In this document: positions 15,307-30,534 of the stretch, in pieces | How positions within the stretch are numbered: position 1 is the stretch's first letter | How the letters are laid out: every line of letters begins with the position of its first letter | Source: Chrysomallon squamiferum | Lineage: Eukaryota > Animalia > Mollusca | NCBI GenBank assembly: GCA_012295275.1 | Contig: CM022676.1 | Span: forward strand, 4,588,001-4,652,000 | DNA: 64,000 nt | Direction of reading: 5' to 3' | Notes under the pieces: model-generated | Seen by the model: only the letters and a program-made list of their open reading frames with translations | The model's database searches: none | Told to the model about the DNA's origin: nothing | Position numbers and translations under genes: made by a program

Positions 15307-15764
15307 TTTTTTTTTTTATTTTTATTTTTTTATTTTAAACTGACTTTTCCTAAACAGTGCTTCATTCGTTCATTCTTTCACTCACATCAACTTCTTCATT
15401 CACCCATTCGTTCTTTCACTCATAAATGTTTCTTTATTCACATAATATTCATTTGTATTTGTTTCATCAACCACTCTGTCTTTCATTCGTTCCAATTTCC
15501 TGTTTATATAGAAACAACTCTGAAGGTAGTCAGTGGTCTGAACAGATAACAGAATCCAAAATGTCCCCTTCACGTGAGATACAATTTCAACGATCAGTTT
15601 TCACACGTAAATAAAGATTGATTCTCCTGAATTTCACAACGAGCGTCCATGATCTTTGAACAAAAAATATTTAAATATTAAAATAAAGAGATCTGTAAAT
15701 ATCTTACTGGCATTGATATATTATTCTTTCATGTTTGTAAATATTAATTATATACGGATTGCCT

Positions 15765-15809
<45 letters not shown>

Positions 15810-16504
15810 ACTGAGAAAGCTAGTTTAATCACATTGTCGAATGAAATATCAAAATATCATTCGTTCCTGAATGTCATAAAATGTTTTAGATCAGAGTAAT
15901 TCAAATATAGTTTGACGTAAATGTCATGGCTGTTGCATGATGTCAGCATCATCGTTATCAACATCAGCAGTAAAAACAACAACAACAACAACAACAATAA
16001 TAATAATAATAATAATAACAATAATAATGATAATAAGTACAACAACAATAAAGATAAAATAATAATAATAATAATAATAATAATAACGATACTACTACTA
16101 ATAATAATGGTAACGACAATAATAATAATAATGATTATGATGATGATGATGATGATGATGATGATGTTGATGATGATGAGAATAATCTAAATTTATTTCT
16201 GACACTCCAACTATCAATCTTCACGCACGCAATCTATATACAATGACCGATATTCTAACAAAACTAGTTCTAGTGATAAAACAAAAAAAACAAAAAAAAA
16301 AAAAATGTCAACTTCGTGAACGACGTGTTACAACATCGTTAGGTACACTGATTCCACCAACACGCTACGCTACGCCACATTATCACCCTAGCAGACGACA
16401 CTCGCTTTAAGAATGCAGACACCATTTTGACCTACATTAGCAAAAAAAAGCGCGAATACTCTTTACGAAGAAGTTACCGAAAATAAAATAATTTCATTAT
16501 GTTG

Positions 16505-16537
<33 letters not shown>

Positions 16538-16867
16538 GCTGTTTTCGTCTGCTTTGCTTTTAAGACAAAAAGCTTAAGAAACATGTAAGAGCACTCAAAT
16601 TTGAGTAGATAATTTAGTAATTTATTTATAGACTTTTTAACTCTCGTTTATGGCCAAGCAGAATCGCGTCGACACGAGAGTTTGATTAACACGTTTTCTG
16701 TGTACTTTTATTTTCCTTTCACGTTTTTGTTCTTGTTGGTGTTGTCGTTAGTATTAGCAGTAGTAGTAGTAGTAGTTGTTGTTGTAGTTGTTGTTAATAT
16801 TGTTAGTAGTGATACTACTACAAGTACTGGTAGTAGTTTTATTATTATCATGTTTATGATGATGATG

Positions 16868-16969
<102 letters not shown>

Positions 16970-17131
16970 TTTGGTGAAAAATAAGTATGTTCGTTTTTTC
17001 ATATGTAATTTTATTATATCATGAAGTGTATGTTCATAGCATTTGAACTCTTTGTCTTCAGCGGTTTTACTTACTCAGATACCTACATTCAGATATATAA
17101 TATAAATATGGACACATACATACACATACAC

Positions 17132-17450
<319 letters not shown>

Positions 17451-17965
17451 ACATTACACACAGTAATAAGACATACACGTTGTCATTAACAAGATTTCTC
17501 GCTTCACATTCTCATAACAAAATTTCTTAAAGCATAGCTAAATAGAAGGAAAAAGACTTCAGCAAGTCTACCATCTCAGTGCAAACTTTAAGTAAACAGA
17601 GACGACATCTCGTAAATTACATCATAGTCTTGCTAATTACTGACTGTCACACAAAACCGGTCTCGGCAGAACACTTTACTAATGCCGTTGTCGACGTTGC
17701 AGCGGTCGTCGTTGTGAACACGCGCATGCGTATCTTGTACAAGTAGCGCTGGTAAATTAGTTTCGAGGTAATTTCCATTTTTTTTGTGTGAATATGTAGA
17801 TTTCGTTATCGTTATTGAAATGATGATGATGATGATGATAGTGTTGGTGATGCTGTTGTTGTTGATGATGATGATGATCAGATGACACGAAGTAATGTTA
17901 AAGATAAAAGCAGAGGAAGACGTCTTTAAAACGAAACACAGAGAAATAAGGGAAAGAAAAAGAAT

Positions 17966-18090
<125 letters not shown>

Positions 18091-18272
18091 CAGCGATATC
18101 AAATGTAACAAAGAAAAAGAAAAAAAGCAAGACAACAAGCGCACAAAAAGAGACGAAATTATACACTGAAAAGTATAAATAAATAAATAAATAAATAAAC
18201 AAACACTTAAATAAATAAAAAAAAACATAAAAAGCTAAAAAAATAAACAAACATTTAAAAAAAAAAAATAAA

Positions 18273-18312
<40 letters not shown>

Positions 18313-18465
18313 CTCCCTCCAAAAACATTCCCCAGCCTGTCACATACAAGCCGAGTAAATAAAAAAAACAATAATAAAAAATAAACCAAAATTAAAATAA
18401 AAAACCTCCAAAAAAAAAAAAAAAAAATAAAACAAAATAAACCAAAATTAAAATAAAAACATCCA

Positions 18466-18500
<35 letters not shown>

Positions 18501-18940
18501 AAAAAAAAAACAAACCAACCACGAATCTGTCATGTATAAAACTGAGAGCAACGAAATAAGACCGATAGCTCGGCAAATTAGTAGAAACAAACTGTCGTTT
18601 GTTCTTCGCTCTGCGGAATAACAAATGATTGTACATGAAGAGCACATTGTTTGAAATGTCACTCGTTTGTTTGCTCTGCTCCCTCTCTGGCGCCTGTAAT
18701 CTGCCAGAGTCGATAACAGCCGATCAAAGTGCACCTCACGTCTTTTGTTTCAGTTTCTCGTTGACTGTTTAAATTCTGCAGCTTTCTGTATTTTTATAAT
18801 CTGTCACGAAAAAAAAAAAGAAACAGAAAAAAAAAAAAAAAAAACCGTACAAAAGCCAAATGTGATGTTAACGTAATTATTCATATCTTTCAACTGTTTT
18901 ACGTATTATTATTATTATTATTATTTCCTTCACTGCTGTA

Positions 18941-18978
<38 letters not shown>

Positions 18979-19169
18979 CACTACTACGACTATTCCTACA
19001 ACCATTAAAGTCATCATCACTGCTACTACTACCATTTCTATCACATCGTATTTTTCTTTTTCTATTACTACAATGAATACTGATAATTCTTAGAATACGT
19101 AATGAAAAAAAAAAAAACAGTACATAATTATGTAGAACAGTGTATAATCAGAAATAAACACGATACACC

Positions 19170-19600
19170 TAAAAATAAAGAGTTTAAAATTATAAATGAG
19201 CAATATATAACTATAAATGAACAGGACAAAGTTATTAAGAACAGTTTAAAATTGTAAATTAACAATATATAATTATAAACTATCACTGAATAGTTATAAA
19301 GAACAGTTTGAAATTGTAAATTAACAGTATATAATTATAAATTAACACTGAATAGATAAAAAGAACAATATTTTAATCATAAATGAACGGTATGTACTTA
19401 TCAATGAACGGTTAATAATTATAAATTTATAAAAAAAAAAAACCAGTTCATAGTTATAAAGAATGGTGCATATTTATAAATGAGCAATATATAATTATTA
19501 AACTAAATATTTGATACAAATGAACAGCAAATAATTATTTAAAAGCAAAACACACAAAACAAAAACAAAAACAAGTATATAGCTATAAATGAACGGTATA
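19170..19600. repeat. AT-rich minisatellite, ~21-bp monomer with 62-bp higher-order period
   Basis: Monomer approximately ATAAATGAACAGTATATAATT; near-identical 62-bp copies at 19231-19292 and 19293-19354, decaying on both sides. Confidence 0.8.
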
Positions 19601-20461
19601 CAATATGATCTAATTAGCTAGTCTGGGGTCACATTATAAACTTGTATTCGACGGAGCTCTGCTTATTTCGTTTCACATTTCGCAAATGAATCGATGTCTT
19701 TGTTTTCCCAATACAAATTTAATTCGTAATTGCCGAATCTTTTTACATTAATAGAGTTTCGTGCTCTGCTTTGTATGGGTGCTGTTATTTTCAGTCTGCT
19801 AAAAGCACATACTCGATTTCTCTCTCTCTGCCTCTTTTCCTTCCTAATAAAGGTGATCAGCCCTAGGCGCTTAACGTCGTCAGCCAATCAGATTTCGTCT
19901 TACTGAGTTAAAGGATGTGTCGTTTAGCAATGCCACAAGCGAGCGACTTTTTCTAGCGTCTTTGGATGATTTGTTTTTGTTGAGTAAAATGCACCCGAAT
20001 TTTGATAATATTTAGAAAAATAACCAATATTAGAAGAAATGTAATAATTTATTTGTGAACTTTTTTTGTTGATTTTTTTTTTTTTTTTTTTTTTTTTTTC
20101 TTTTCTCATTTTTTAAAATTTTATTATTATTATAATTTTTATTTTTTTTTATTATTTTTTATTTTTTATTTTTTTTTTTTATTTTATTATATATTTTTAT
20201 CCTTTCACCGTCTGTGTTCTAAGGTTTCCAAAAACGCTTCTGGTAAGTTCAAATTCAGTTATAATTAACTTTCGTCTCAAAGTCTCTGTGTGCAGTATTT
20301 TAAAAATATATACAGACTAAACTAATCTTTATTTTTTATTCTTAATTATTTTTATTTTATTTTATTTTATTTATCAGTCAGTCAGTTAAACTATGTTAAA
20401 TGTTTCAACAAATACTGATGTCCGATAATAACAACAACAACAATAATACTAATAATAATAA

Positions 20462-20493
<32 letters not shown>

Positions 20494-20647
20494 ATAATAA
20501 TAATAATAATAACAACAACAATAATAATAATAATAATGTTAATAATAATAATAATAATAATAATTACAATATTAAGGGCACAGAAACTACTGCTATTAAA
20601 ACACAGTGCTTCCAATAACAACGAAACAAAGGTTGAAGGTTAACACA

Positions 20648-20661
20648 TTATGACGTCATAA
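20648..20661. promoter_or_regulatory. Extended CRE palindrome TTATGACGTCATAA
   Basis: 14-bp perfect palindrome; an identical copy lies at 56675-56688. Confidence 0.5.
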
Positions 20662-21614
20662 AGGTTTTGTGTATGACGTTACCACTAGTTCAGCTGTTAT
20701 TTATACGCAGGGAAGTATGTTTTTTTTTTTTTTTTTTTTTTTTCTGTAGCCACTGATTTCATGTTGATATAAGTACAATGATATATGAAACTGTTATCCC
20801 GTATATTATTCTGTGCGTGCGTGCGTGAGTAATTCAAACCAAGCTGAAGCACCGGTCTTATATTTTGTAATACGCTATTCGAAATTCTTCCCATTTTACA
20901 CAACCGAACATTAATATATATATAATTACATTTTATCAAAAACAAATTACAGTTTTGGATAATAAACCTTATCACAGACATAGCTTTATTAAATTGGTGC
21001 ATTGCAGAATGGGATAGCTCACACACACACACACAATCATACACACACACACACACAGACACACACACACACACAAACGCTTGATAACATCTGCAAAAAC
21101 AACTAATTAATTTTACGTTTACACGTGATAAACAAGACTTCTTCTTCTGAAGCGAGCTCAAACGCGTATTTACCAAAACGGACTTGTATCACTTCGTTTA
21201 ATTAAATTTTCACAAGCTTAAAAGCAAAGCCCCGGTATAAATAACCCTTTGAGCGGCGTGTCGTTATTAAAAGAAGTTTGTAAACCTATGGATTTTTTTT
21301 TTTTTTTTTTTTTTTTCTTTCTTGACTTACGATCCGATCCGCGACGTTAAGGAAAAAACGAATGACGCAATGATTAGCTTATAACATCAAAAGATTGAAT
21401 TTAGAGTTTTCACCTCCTGGTGAACGCTAGGAACGCAGGATTGACCCTTGATAGCGGTCACAGTGGGTTATTTCGTGTTCCAGACTAGACTCCGTGATCA
21501 GATGAAAAAAAAATGTATTAAAAGTGTTGTTTGTTTTTTTGTGTGTTTTTTTTTTCTCAGCGTTTCTGAATGTAATAATATTTTTTCAGTTACTTTGTAA
21601 TTGGCTGTCTGTCT

Positions 21615-21868
21615 TTTGTCGTTGTTGTTGTCGTTGTTGTTGTCGTTTTTCTTTTTCTTCTTTTTCTTTTTCTTCTTTTTCTTCTTCTTCTTCTTCTTCT
21701 TATTATTATTACTACTACTACTACTACTACTACCACTACAACTACTACTACTATTTCTACTACTACTACTACTACTACCACTACTTTTTCTTCTTTTTCT
21801 TCTTCTTCTTCTTCTTATTATTACTACTACTACTACTACTACTACCACTACAACTACTACTACTATTT

Positions 21869-21905
<37 letters not shown>

Positions 21906-22194
21906 AATACTACTACGAATACTACTACTGCTACTACTGCTACTCCTACTACTACTACTATTGCTATTGTTGTTGTGGATATTGTTGTTACCACTGTTGT
22001 CAGAATCATTGTTGTTCTTATTATTATTGTTATTTTTGTTCTTGTTGTCGTTATCGCTATTTTGTTACATGTTTCAATTATTTATTTATTTATTTATTTA
22101 TTTACTCATTCATTCATTCATTCATTCATTTATACTTATTCTGTGTGTAACTGTTGTTTTATTTATTCATTCCTTCATTCCTTCATTCCTTCAT

Positions 22195-22233
<39 letters not shown>

Positions 22234-22235
22234 TT
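21615..22235. repeat. Compound (GTT)-(CTT)-(ACT)-(ATTT/CATT)n microsatellite block
   Basis: Direct reading. Confidence 0.9.
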
Positions 22236-22414
22236 CTATATTTAATTTATTTACACATTCGTGCTTCCTTCGTTATCGTTATTGTTTTAATACTTGACTC
22301 ACAAGCTGTCGAAAACGATCTTCACGATTATCGATAGATCGCCAGGATGGTTTCACTTGAAAACTGTTGTGATAAAACGTCCCTAATTTCTAGAAAATAA
22401 TTTTATTAATCGAT

Positions 22415-22458
22415 GCAGCGTGTGTGACGTCCTGGCAGCGTGCGTGACGTCCTGGCAG
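22415..22458. repeat. 20-bp tandem duplication GCAGCGTG(T/C)GTGACGTCCTG x2
   Basis: Copies at 22415-22434 and 22435-22454 differ by one base; partial third copy GCAG. Confidence 0.9.
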
Positions 22459-22648
22459 TGTCAAGGGATTTATTTTCATTAAATCTTTAATAATCATGCA
22501 TCATCTTCAAACAATGCATATTTCTGGTCGTGCCCTTTCTAAAGGCGCGTTAATACGAAACCACTCTGACAAACGTTCGGAGCAAAGATTGTTTCGTAAA
22601 ATGTGTATGTGAGTAACGATCAGTTCATTTTCTCGCTTGATGATTGAT

Positions 22649-22757
<109 letters not shown>

Positions 22758-23182
22758 ACTCTCTCTGTTTATCGGCTGGAAATGCAAGAGCCTCAGATGA
22801 TCAACACAAATTATCTTTTATGATCGCGCCTTAACTACATGCATGCAACAGATGGAAAATGATAAGATTTGTTTTGTGGCTGTGACGTTGAACCATTAGT
22901 TACTCCCAAACACTTCATCACCGTCACCTTGGAAACAATAATCTTTCTGTTTTCAATTACAGTAATCTTCCTTTTTTGTTATTTCCTTCTTTTTTTGTTT
23001 TTTTTTTTTGTTGTTGATTTTTTGGATATACCGATGGTGATGGTGATGTAGAAGATAACGATACTGACAATAACAACAAAAGTAATAATAATAATAATAA
23101 TAATAAAACAATAATAACAACAACAACAATAATAATAACAGCAGGGATAATTATAATAGCAATTAAAACAACGAGAAGAACG

Positions 23183-23244
<62 letters not shown>

Positions 23245-23473
23245 TAATAATAATAATAATTTTCTTATGAACAATAAACTGGAAAGAAAGAAAAAGTGAA
23301 AGAGACAAAGAAAAATGGACGATACTGGATGAGAAAAAGAGTGAAAGAAAAACGAGCGTGTTTTTGTGTTCTCTATTCACATTTTTATTTCACAAGAATT
23401 ATTTCAGTTTAGTTAGAATTAAATTTTGAATTTATTAAATTTTATTATCTTATTTTTTAAATTATTATTATTA

Positions 23474-23511
<38 letters not shown>

Positions 23512-23997
23512 TTTTTTTTTTAACGGATTAATTTTGAAAGCGACCATCTCAGCACAGCATTATTTAAAAAAAAAAAAACTCTAAATGGACTCACTTTAAA
23601 AAAAAAAAAAAAACAAACAAACAAACAATTCAAACACCGCCGATTCTAAAAACCCGTCGCGTCAGAAACTGATTTCTTCTGAGAACCTGTGCCAATCTGG
23701 CGATTATTTATTCTTAGTTTTCCGAGCCCTAATGCGTGTTTTATTACGAAGATGGTGAAATAATTACGGCTAATTGGCTTTTCAACCGCACGAGTGGTTT
23801 GTTTGAAGATCCTGTCAACTCGTCTACGCTGGGTAAAGAGCTAACAAACATCAGATACTTCTCGTTCGACTCGAGCTCGGGTTGGTGTTTGTCAGAAGGC
23901 AGCGAAAGCCTTCCATGTTTTCTCTCTGCGTCCGTTTTTAATCTGTCTTTCCGCGTGTCTGTTTGTCAGTCAAGAGTTCTGTGTGCCTTCGTGTGTT

Positions 23998-24368
<371 letters not shown>

Positions 24369-24393
24369 GTATGTATGGATGAACAGATGTATG

Positions 24394-24437
<44 letters not shown>

Positions 24438-24737
24438 AGTAATTTGATTTAATTTTGCTCTTGTTGTTTTGTTTTGCTTCGTTTTGTTCTTTAATTTTTG
24501 TTTGTTTGTTTGTTTGTTTTGGTTCTTCCTCCATTTTGTTTTTCTTTCTTTCTTTCTTTATTTCTTTATTTATTTTTTTTAAGAATATAATATTTCCATT
24601 CCCTTTTCCATATGCAGTTTAGATTTGTCGGTGTACGAAAGACCGAACTTACTTTTTGAGTTTACAATCTCACCAAACCTCGCGGGATTTCACGACATTA
24701 AGTCCGCTCTAACTGCAATCACTTCCACAAAAGTATT

Positions 24738-24770
<33 letters not shown>

Positions 24771-25489
24771 CAGTGCGCACGAACGCGTCCGTTCGTCTGC
24801 GGCCCTAATTACCTCCCCTCACGCAACGCTCCCACAAGGGAGATAACGCCAGGCGTGAAAAAGTAACGAAGCAATTTTTCTTTCGAAAATTGCCATGATT
24901 ATTTGTCGCCTGTTCTGCATTCCCGGTCTGAATTAGCGATTAACGTTTGAGAAGTGATAGTATTGTTTTGTAATAACGATCAAAAGGTTAATACGAAAGG
25001 AAAAGGCACATTTCGTGCCGTGTTCCGATCAAGCGAAATGAGAAAAATGGCGCTGACGTGCGGTTCGTTTGAGGCCTCTCTGAAAGTTCCGTACCAAATC
25101 TACGAATGCGCTCGTTCGGCCGTTTTCGGTTAATTTCGTATATTGTCACGGTTCTCGATTCTGTTTATCGGACTCTTTCGTGTTTGACTTCTTCGGAAGA
25201 GCCCTTTTTGGTTCACTGCAGCTAATCTTTGATGTTCTGCTACCCTTGGGAAGATATCGATTAAAGGATGTTTACTGCTAATTGATAAGTTGCTAAAAGC
25301 TATGGGTATTCCCCCATTTTTTTATCGACATTATCATCATCATCATTACATAGGCAGTCTACACAATAGTCGTCATAGTTTTAATTTATATAATTTTTTT
25401 TTCTTCTCGTTTTTTCTCTCTAATTCTCGTCATGGTTTTCTTTTCCCTATTTTTTTTTCTTCTTTCTCTTTTCTCTCTCTCTATTGTTC

Positions 25490-25771
<282 letters not shown>

Positions 25772-26413
25772 ACAGGCAGATAAATAGAGAATGAGATGGA
25801 GAAAGAAAAAGAGAGAGACTGAGACAGACAGACAGGAAGAAACAAGGAGCTAGAGAGAAACAAAGAGACACAGAGAAAGTTAAAAAGTAAAGAACGAAAG
25901 CCAACCTGACGTATTGACGGATCGCCATAAAGCTTTATGCAAAGTCCAAAAGTTTTCGATGATTCTGAAAAGAATCACAAAAAATAAGATGATTATAAAA
26001 CTGAACACGATAAAGCCATATTCTCATTTAATTCTTATTTTTTTTCTTCATCTTATTTTTTTACGTTCCGACTGCTAACGACACGTGCTCATTGCTGAGC
26101 ATGCGCGCTGTCACTCTGAACGTCTTTACATATCATTTAGCATAAACCAGACCTTTATTGCCACTGCAAATCGTAATTTCGTTTCGTTTTCTTTGTCATT
26201 TCTGAAAGTGCATCGCACCTCGACCGTTTTTCCGTCAATCGTCGAAAATGTAGATTTAGAGGCAATCCGAAAAGAAATATTTCGTACACCGGGAATGATA
26301 AAAATAAATTTTAAAATATCGTGTCGTAGATAATGTCCTAGTGGTTGTTTAGTAAATACGTTTTAATTAATAACCTTTGATAAATTATGTGTTTGTGCGC
26401 GTGAGTGTGTGTT

Positions 26414-26504
<91 letters not shown>

Positions 26505-26899
26505 TGTAAACTTATTATTATTATATCCATACCTACATACAGATACATTCATAAGTATGTACACATACACACACATATACACACCGATACAAACATATAT
26601 GTGTGTGCATCTATCAACGTACATACACACACACACACATACACACACACACATCTCATTTTTCCATTTTTCTCTTCTTTTCATTATTTTTATTTTTATT
26701 TTTATTTTTATTTTGTTGTTGTTGTTTTGGATTTTTGGGGGAGTTTGTTTGTTGGTTGGTTGGGTTTTTTGTTTGTTTTTGTTTGTTTTGTTTGTTTTTT
26801 GTGTTTTGGGGGGTTTACATGCATACATACATATACACACAGAGAGATATATCAGTTAATTTAATTTTTATATTTCTAGTATGTCTGGCATTCACAAAA

Positions 26900-26933
<34 letters not shown>

Positions 26934-29836
26934 GTCTATAGAAACAATTCTAAATACGAATTTTTATAAATAAACGATCTCTCTAACATATAGCCACATC
27001 AAATAGTAAAATATATATTTTTTTAAATTACATTTTTAAAAAACGTATTAATCTCCAATTATTCTCACGTTTTGTTCATTACTCGCCGCTCGGCACTTTC
27101 CGTCAGTGCGTATATGAAATGATTTCCCACCAGGCTGTGACGTTTTACTGGTTACTAGGAAACGTGCAATGCATATTAATGAGTTTTTTGTGCTGGTACG
27201 GTAATCTCCCCGCGTAACTTCAAAGGAAAGCCCTTGGCAACGGTTGTCATGGTTGCAAAAATGTGAGGGGCAAAAAAAAAAAAAAAAAAATTGGTGTTTG
27301 AAGATTGGCCGGTTCAGGATGTTGCATTTATTAATTTTATTTTGTTCTTCTTTTTTTTTGTTTAGTTTTTATTTTATTTTATTTTATTTTATTTTATTTT
27401 ATTTTATTTTATTATTTTATTTTTATTTCTTTCCTGCTTTATTTAAAATTAGTTTACATTGTTTTATATTGTTTTATATTGTTTGGTTTATTTTGTTGTT
27501 TTATTTTATTTTATTATCTTTTTAAATTTTTTTTTTATTTTTTTTTTTATTTTATTTTTTTTTTTTTTTTTTTTTTTTTATTTTTATTTTTATTTTTATT
27601 TTTATTTTTATTTTTATTTTTATTTTTTTTTTATTTTATTTATATTATTTTTATAATAATATTTGGGCAATCGTTTCGCTTCAGATGCTTTAACTTTTTT
27701 GATCAATTTTTCTGTGACCTAATTAAACTATTTCTCTCTCTCTCTAAATACTACTGCTACCATAAGTGCAAAACTAGAACTGTTACTAGTACTTCTACTA
27801 ATACTTAGCATTACTACTATTATTACTATTACATTTTTCACTACTATTACTAACACCATAACTGCATGGTTTTACACTGCAACAAATTTCTACTGTTGTT
27901 ATTATATCTACTACTACTACCACTACTGCGACTGCTACTACTACAACTAAAACTATTAGTACATTTATCACTACTTATAATCCTGCAGCTATTAATAACA
28001 TCATCACTACCACCATCACTATTACTCCTAGTACTAATATTACAATAATACTTCTACTAATATAACTATCATTGACACAGCTACTACTACTACTACTACT
28101 ATTACTACTACTACTGCTGCTGCTGCTACTGCTGCTGCTGCAACCACCTCAACTACTACTCGACTATTATAACTGTATATATATCTATAAATTGTGTGAA
28201 TAAAACTTAGTATTAAAAGATGTTCTTGCATTGCTAAATCAATAAATATTTTTGTGAAAAGAGAAGAAAATCGGAAAGGAAGATATCTGAAATAATAAAA
28301 ACAAAAAATCATCTATGTTGTTTCTATCAAAAGAAAAAAAGCAAAGGCAAAGAGAAAAAGAAAGAAAGAAAAACGATAAAAAAACAAGGGAAAAAATAAT
28401 GAATAAAAAAAGATAGAGAGAAGAAAAAATGGAAAAAGGAAATAAAACTGAGAAAGATTTCAATTTATTTGTTTATTTATTTTAACAACAAATTTAAAAA
28501 AAAAAAGACGAACAAAAAAAACATCAACACAAAATACGATGCCATAAAAAATACGAAAATAAATTCATCATGTTCTGTTTAATACAGGAAAGAAAACGAG
28601 AAATTACGAAAGAAAACAAACAAAAAGCTAAAAAGAATATGAAAGCAAAAAAACACTTGAAAATATCGAAAACAAAGCTCCTACCCTAGATTTTCTGCGA
28701 CTAAGGAATTAAAATAGCAAATCTTTGTTTGACAATATTATTTATTAAAAAAAAAAAATAATAATAATAACAGATTGAAAATTTAGGATTTGGTGATGTC
28801 TGAATTAAACCACTGAAATGAAATACTGGCAAAACAGTGATAAATTATGTATTTTTTATACAGTTATTCCATGAAAAATTCACATTGATAAGAATTTTTG
28901 TTCTTTGTCTTATCATTCACTAGCAGAAAATTACTACTACTACTACTACTACTGATGCTGCTGTTACTATTATAACCACTACTACTGCAACTGCTACTTT
29001 TATTACTAGTACTACTATTACATTTAGTACAACAACAACAACGTCAACAACAATCCCAACAACATCAACAACAACAGCAATAATAATAATAATAATAGTA
29101 GTAGTAGTAGTAATAATAGTTATAATAAAACCAACAACAACAACAACAATAGCGAATACAGTAATTATAATAATAACGACGATAACAATTTAACAATAAC
29201 AATAAAACTATTTTAAAGAGACTTCTTCTTAAAACATTAATCTAATTTCCTTACCATGGTAACTTCTCAATGGCAGTCTACCATAGTAATAGAGATAATC
29301 TACAATTTAAAAAAAAAAACTAACAAAAAAAGCAAAAAAACAACAAAAAAAACAAAAACAAAAACACATCAAATCTCTTTACAACGAATAAAACGGTTTA
29401 CTTGACAGTCGAAATGATCTATAATTACTGAGTACGCGTGACGCAGTTAGCTCCCTGTTTCGTTTCACTTCCTAATGTCTATAATTCAAGCATTGAACAA
29501 CGACAGAGACGTTGTTGTGTTGGGTACCACGCCGTTACGGGAAAAACAGAGTAGTAGTTATCGCAGGTTTCTTAAGCATGCAGCTTAAATGTTCAATATT
29601 TGTTTTAAGACTTAAATAGAGGCAAAAAACAAACAGTGCATGTCAAATGCGGAGGTTTTCTTTTTAATTTTAGCACGGTGTGTAATATGAAATAAGTTTA
29701 ATGTCAAGAAAATAGTTTTACTGTTTGTTGATAGTTTTTGTTTAACAGTTCCTGTATCGTTTTAGTGTAACCTGGCGCCATATTGATGAGTAATTATTTA
29801 ACAGTGTAAGTAGTAGAATCAAATAAATTACGTGCC

Positions 29837-29993
<157 letters not shown>

Positions 29994-30297
29994 CCTAGCT
30001 CAATATCTCACTCTCTCGTATTCCCAGTAACCTTCCCTCTCTGAAAAGCTACACTCACACACTCACACATTTAATCCTTTTTTTTTTCTGGAAAAACAGG
30101 GTCAGTAACCACTGTCCATCTCTGATTTATTAACTCAGACAGTAAACTATGCGACCTTTCTCCAAGGCTTAAATATCGTCTTATATCGTCCTACGCCAAC
30201 TCAACCTTTATTGTCTCTCTTGAACCACTCCGCCAAGCAAAACAAGAGGACCCTGCCACTAACGTCAAAGTGCTTTCTATACAAAAAACCTTCGGTC

Positions 30298-30534
30298 TAT
30301 AAACCCCGCCATACATCAGGTGAAAACGTCGTCGTAGTCGGTGTTTATCGACGTCGTCAGCGACGCGGGTGAAACGGCAGAAGAGCAGAGGAAAATGGAT
30401 GAAAGAATTCTCGAAAGGATTCGTTCGGTGTTTTATAAGAAAATAAAAATAAATTTATGGAGTTCACGAAGAGCGTAAATTTTGACCGAGTTGAAAAGAA
30501 ACTGTCACAGTTATGTTCTGCTGCGGTGGTAAGC
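30298..30534 (+). promoter_or_regulatory. Candidate TATA promoter plus first exon (candidate promoter 2)
   Basis: TATAAA 30298-30303, CpG-rich leader, ATG at 30457 open for 24 codons (MEFTKSVNFDRVEKKLSQLCSAAV) into a GTG|GTAAGC donor at 30528/30529. No homology recognised. Confidence 0.35.

Noticed and set aside
18676-18694. CTCF-like motif on the minus strand (GCCAGAGAGGGAGC)
   Set aside because: It needs a 1-bp insertion to fit the core, so it is too weak to call.
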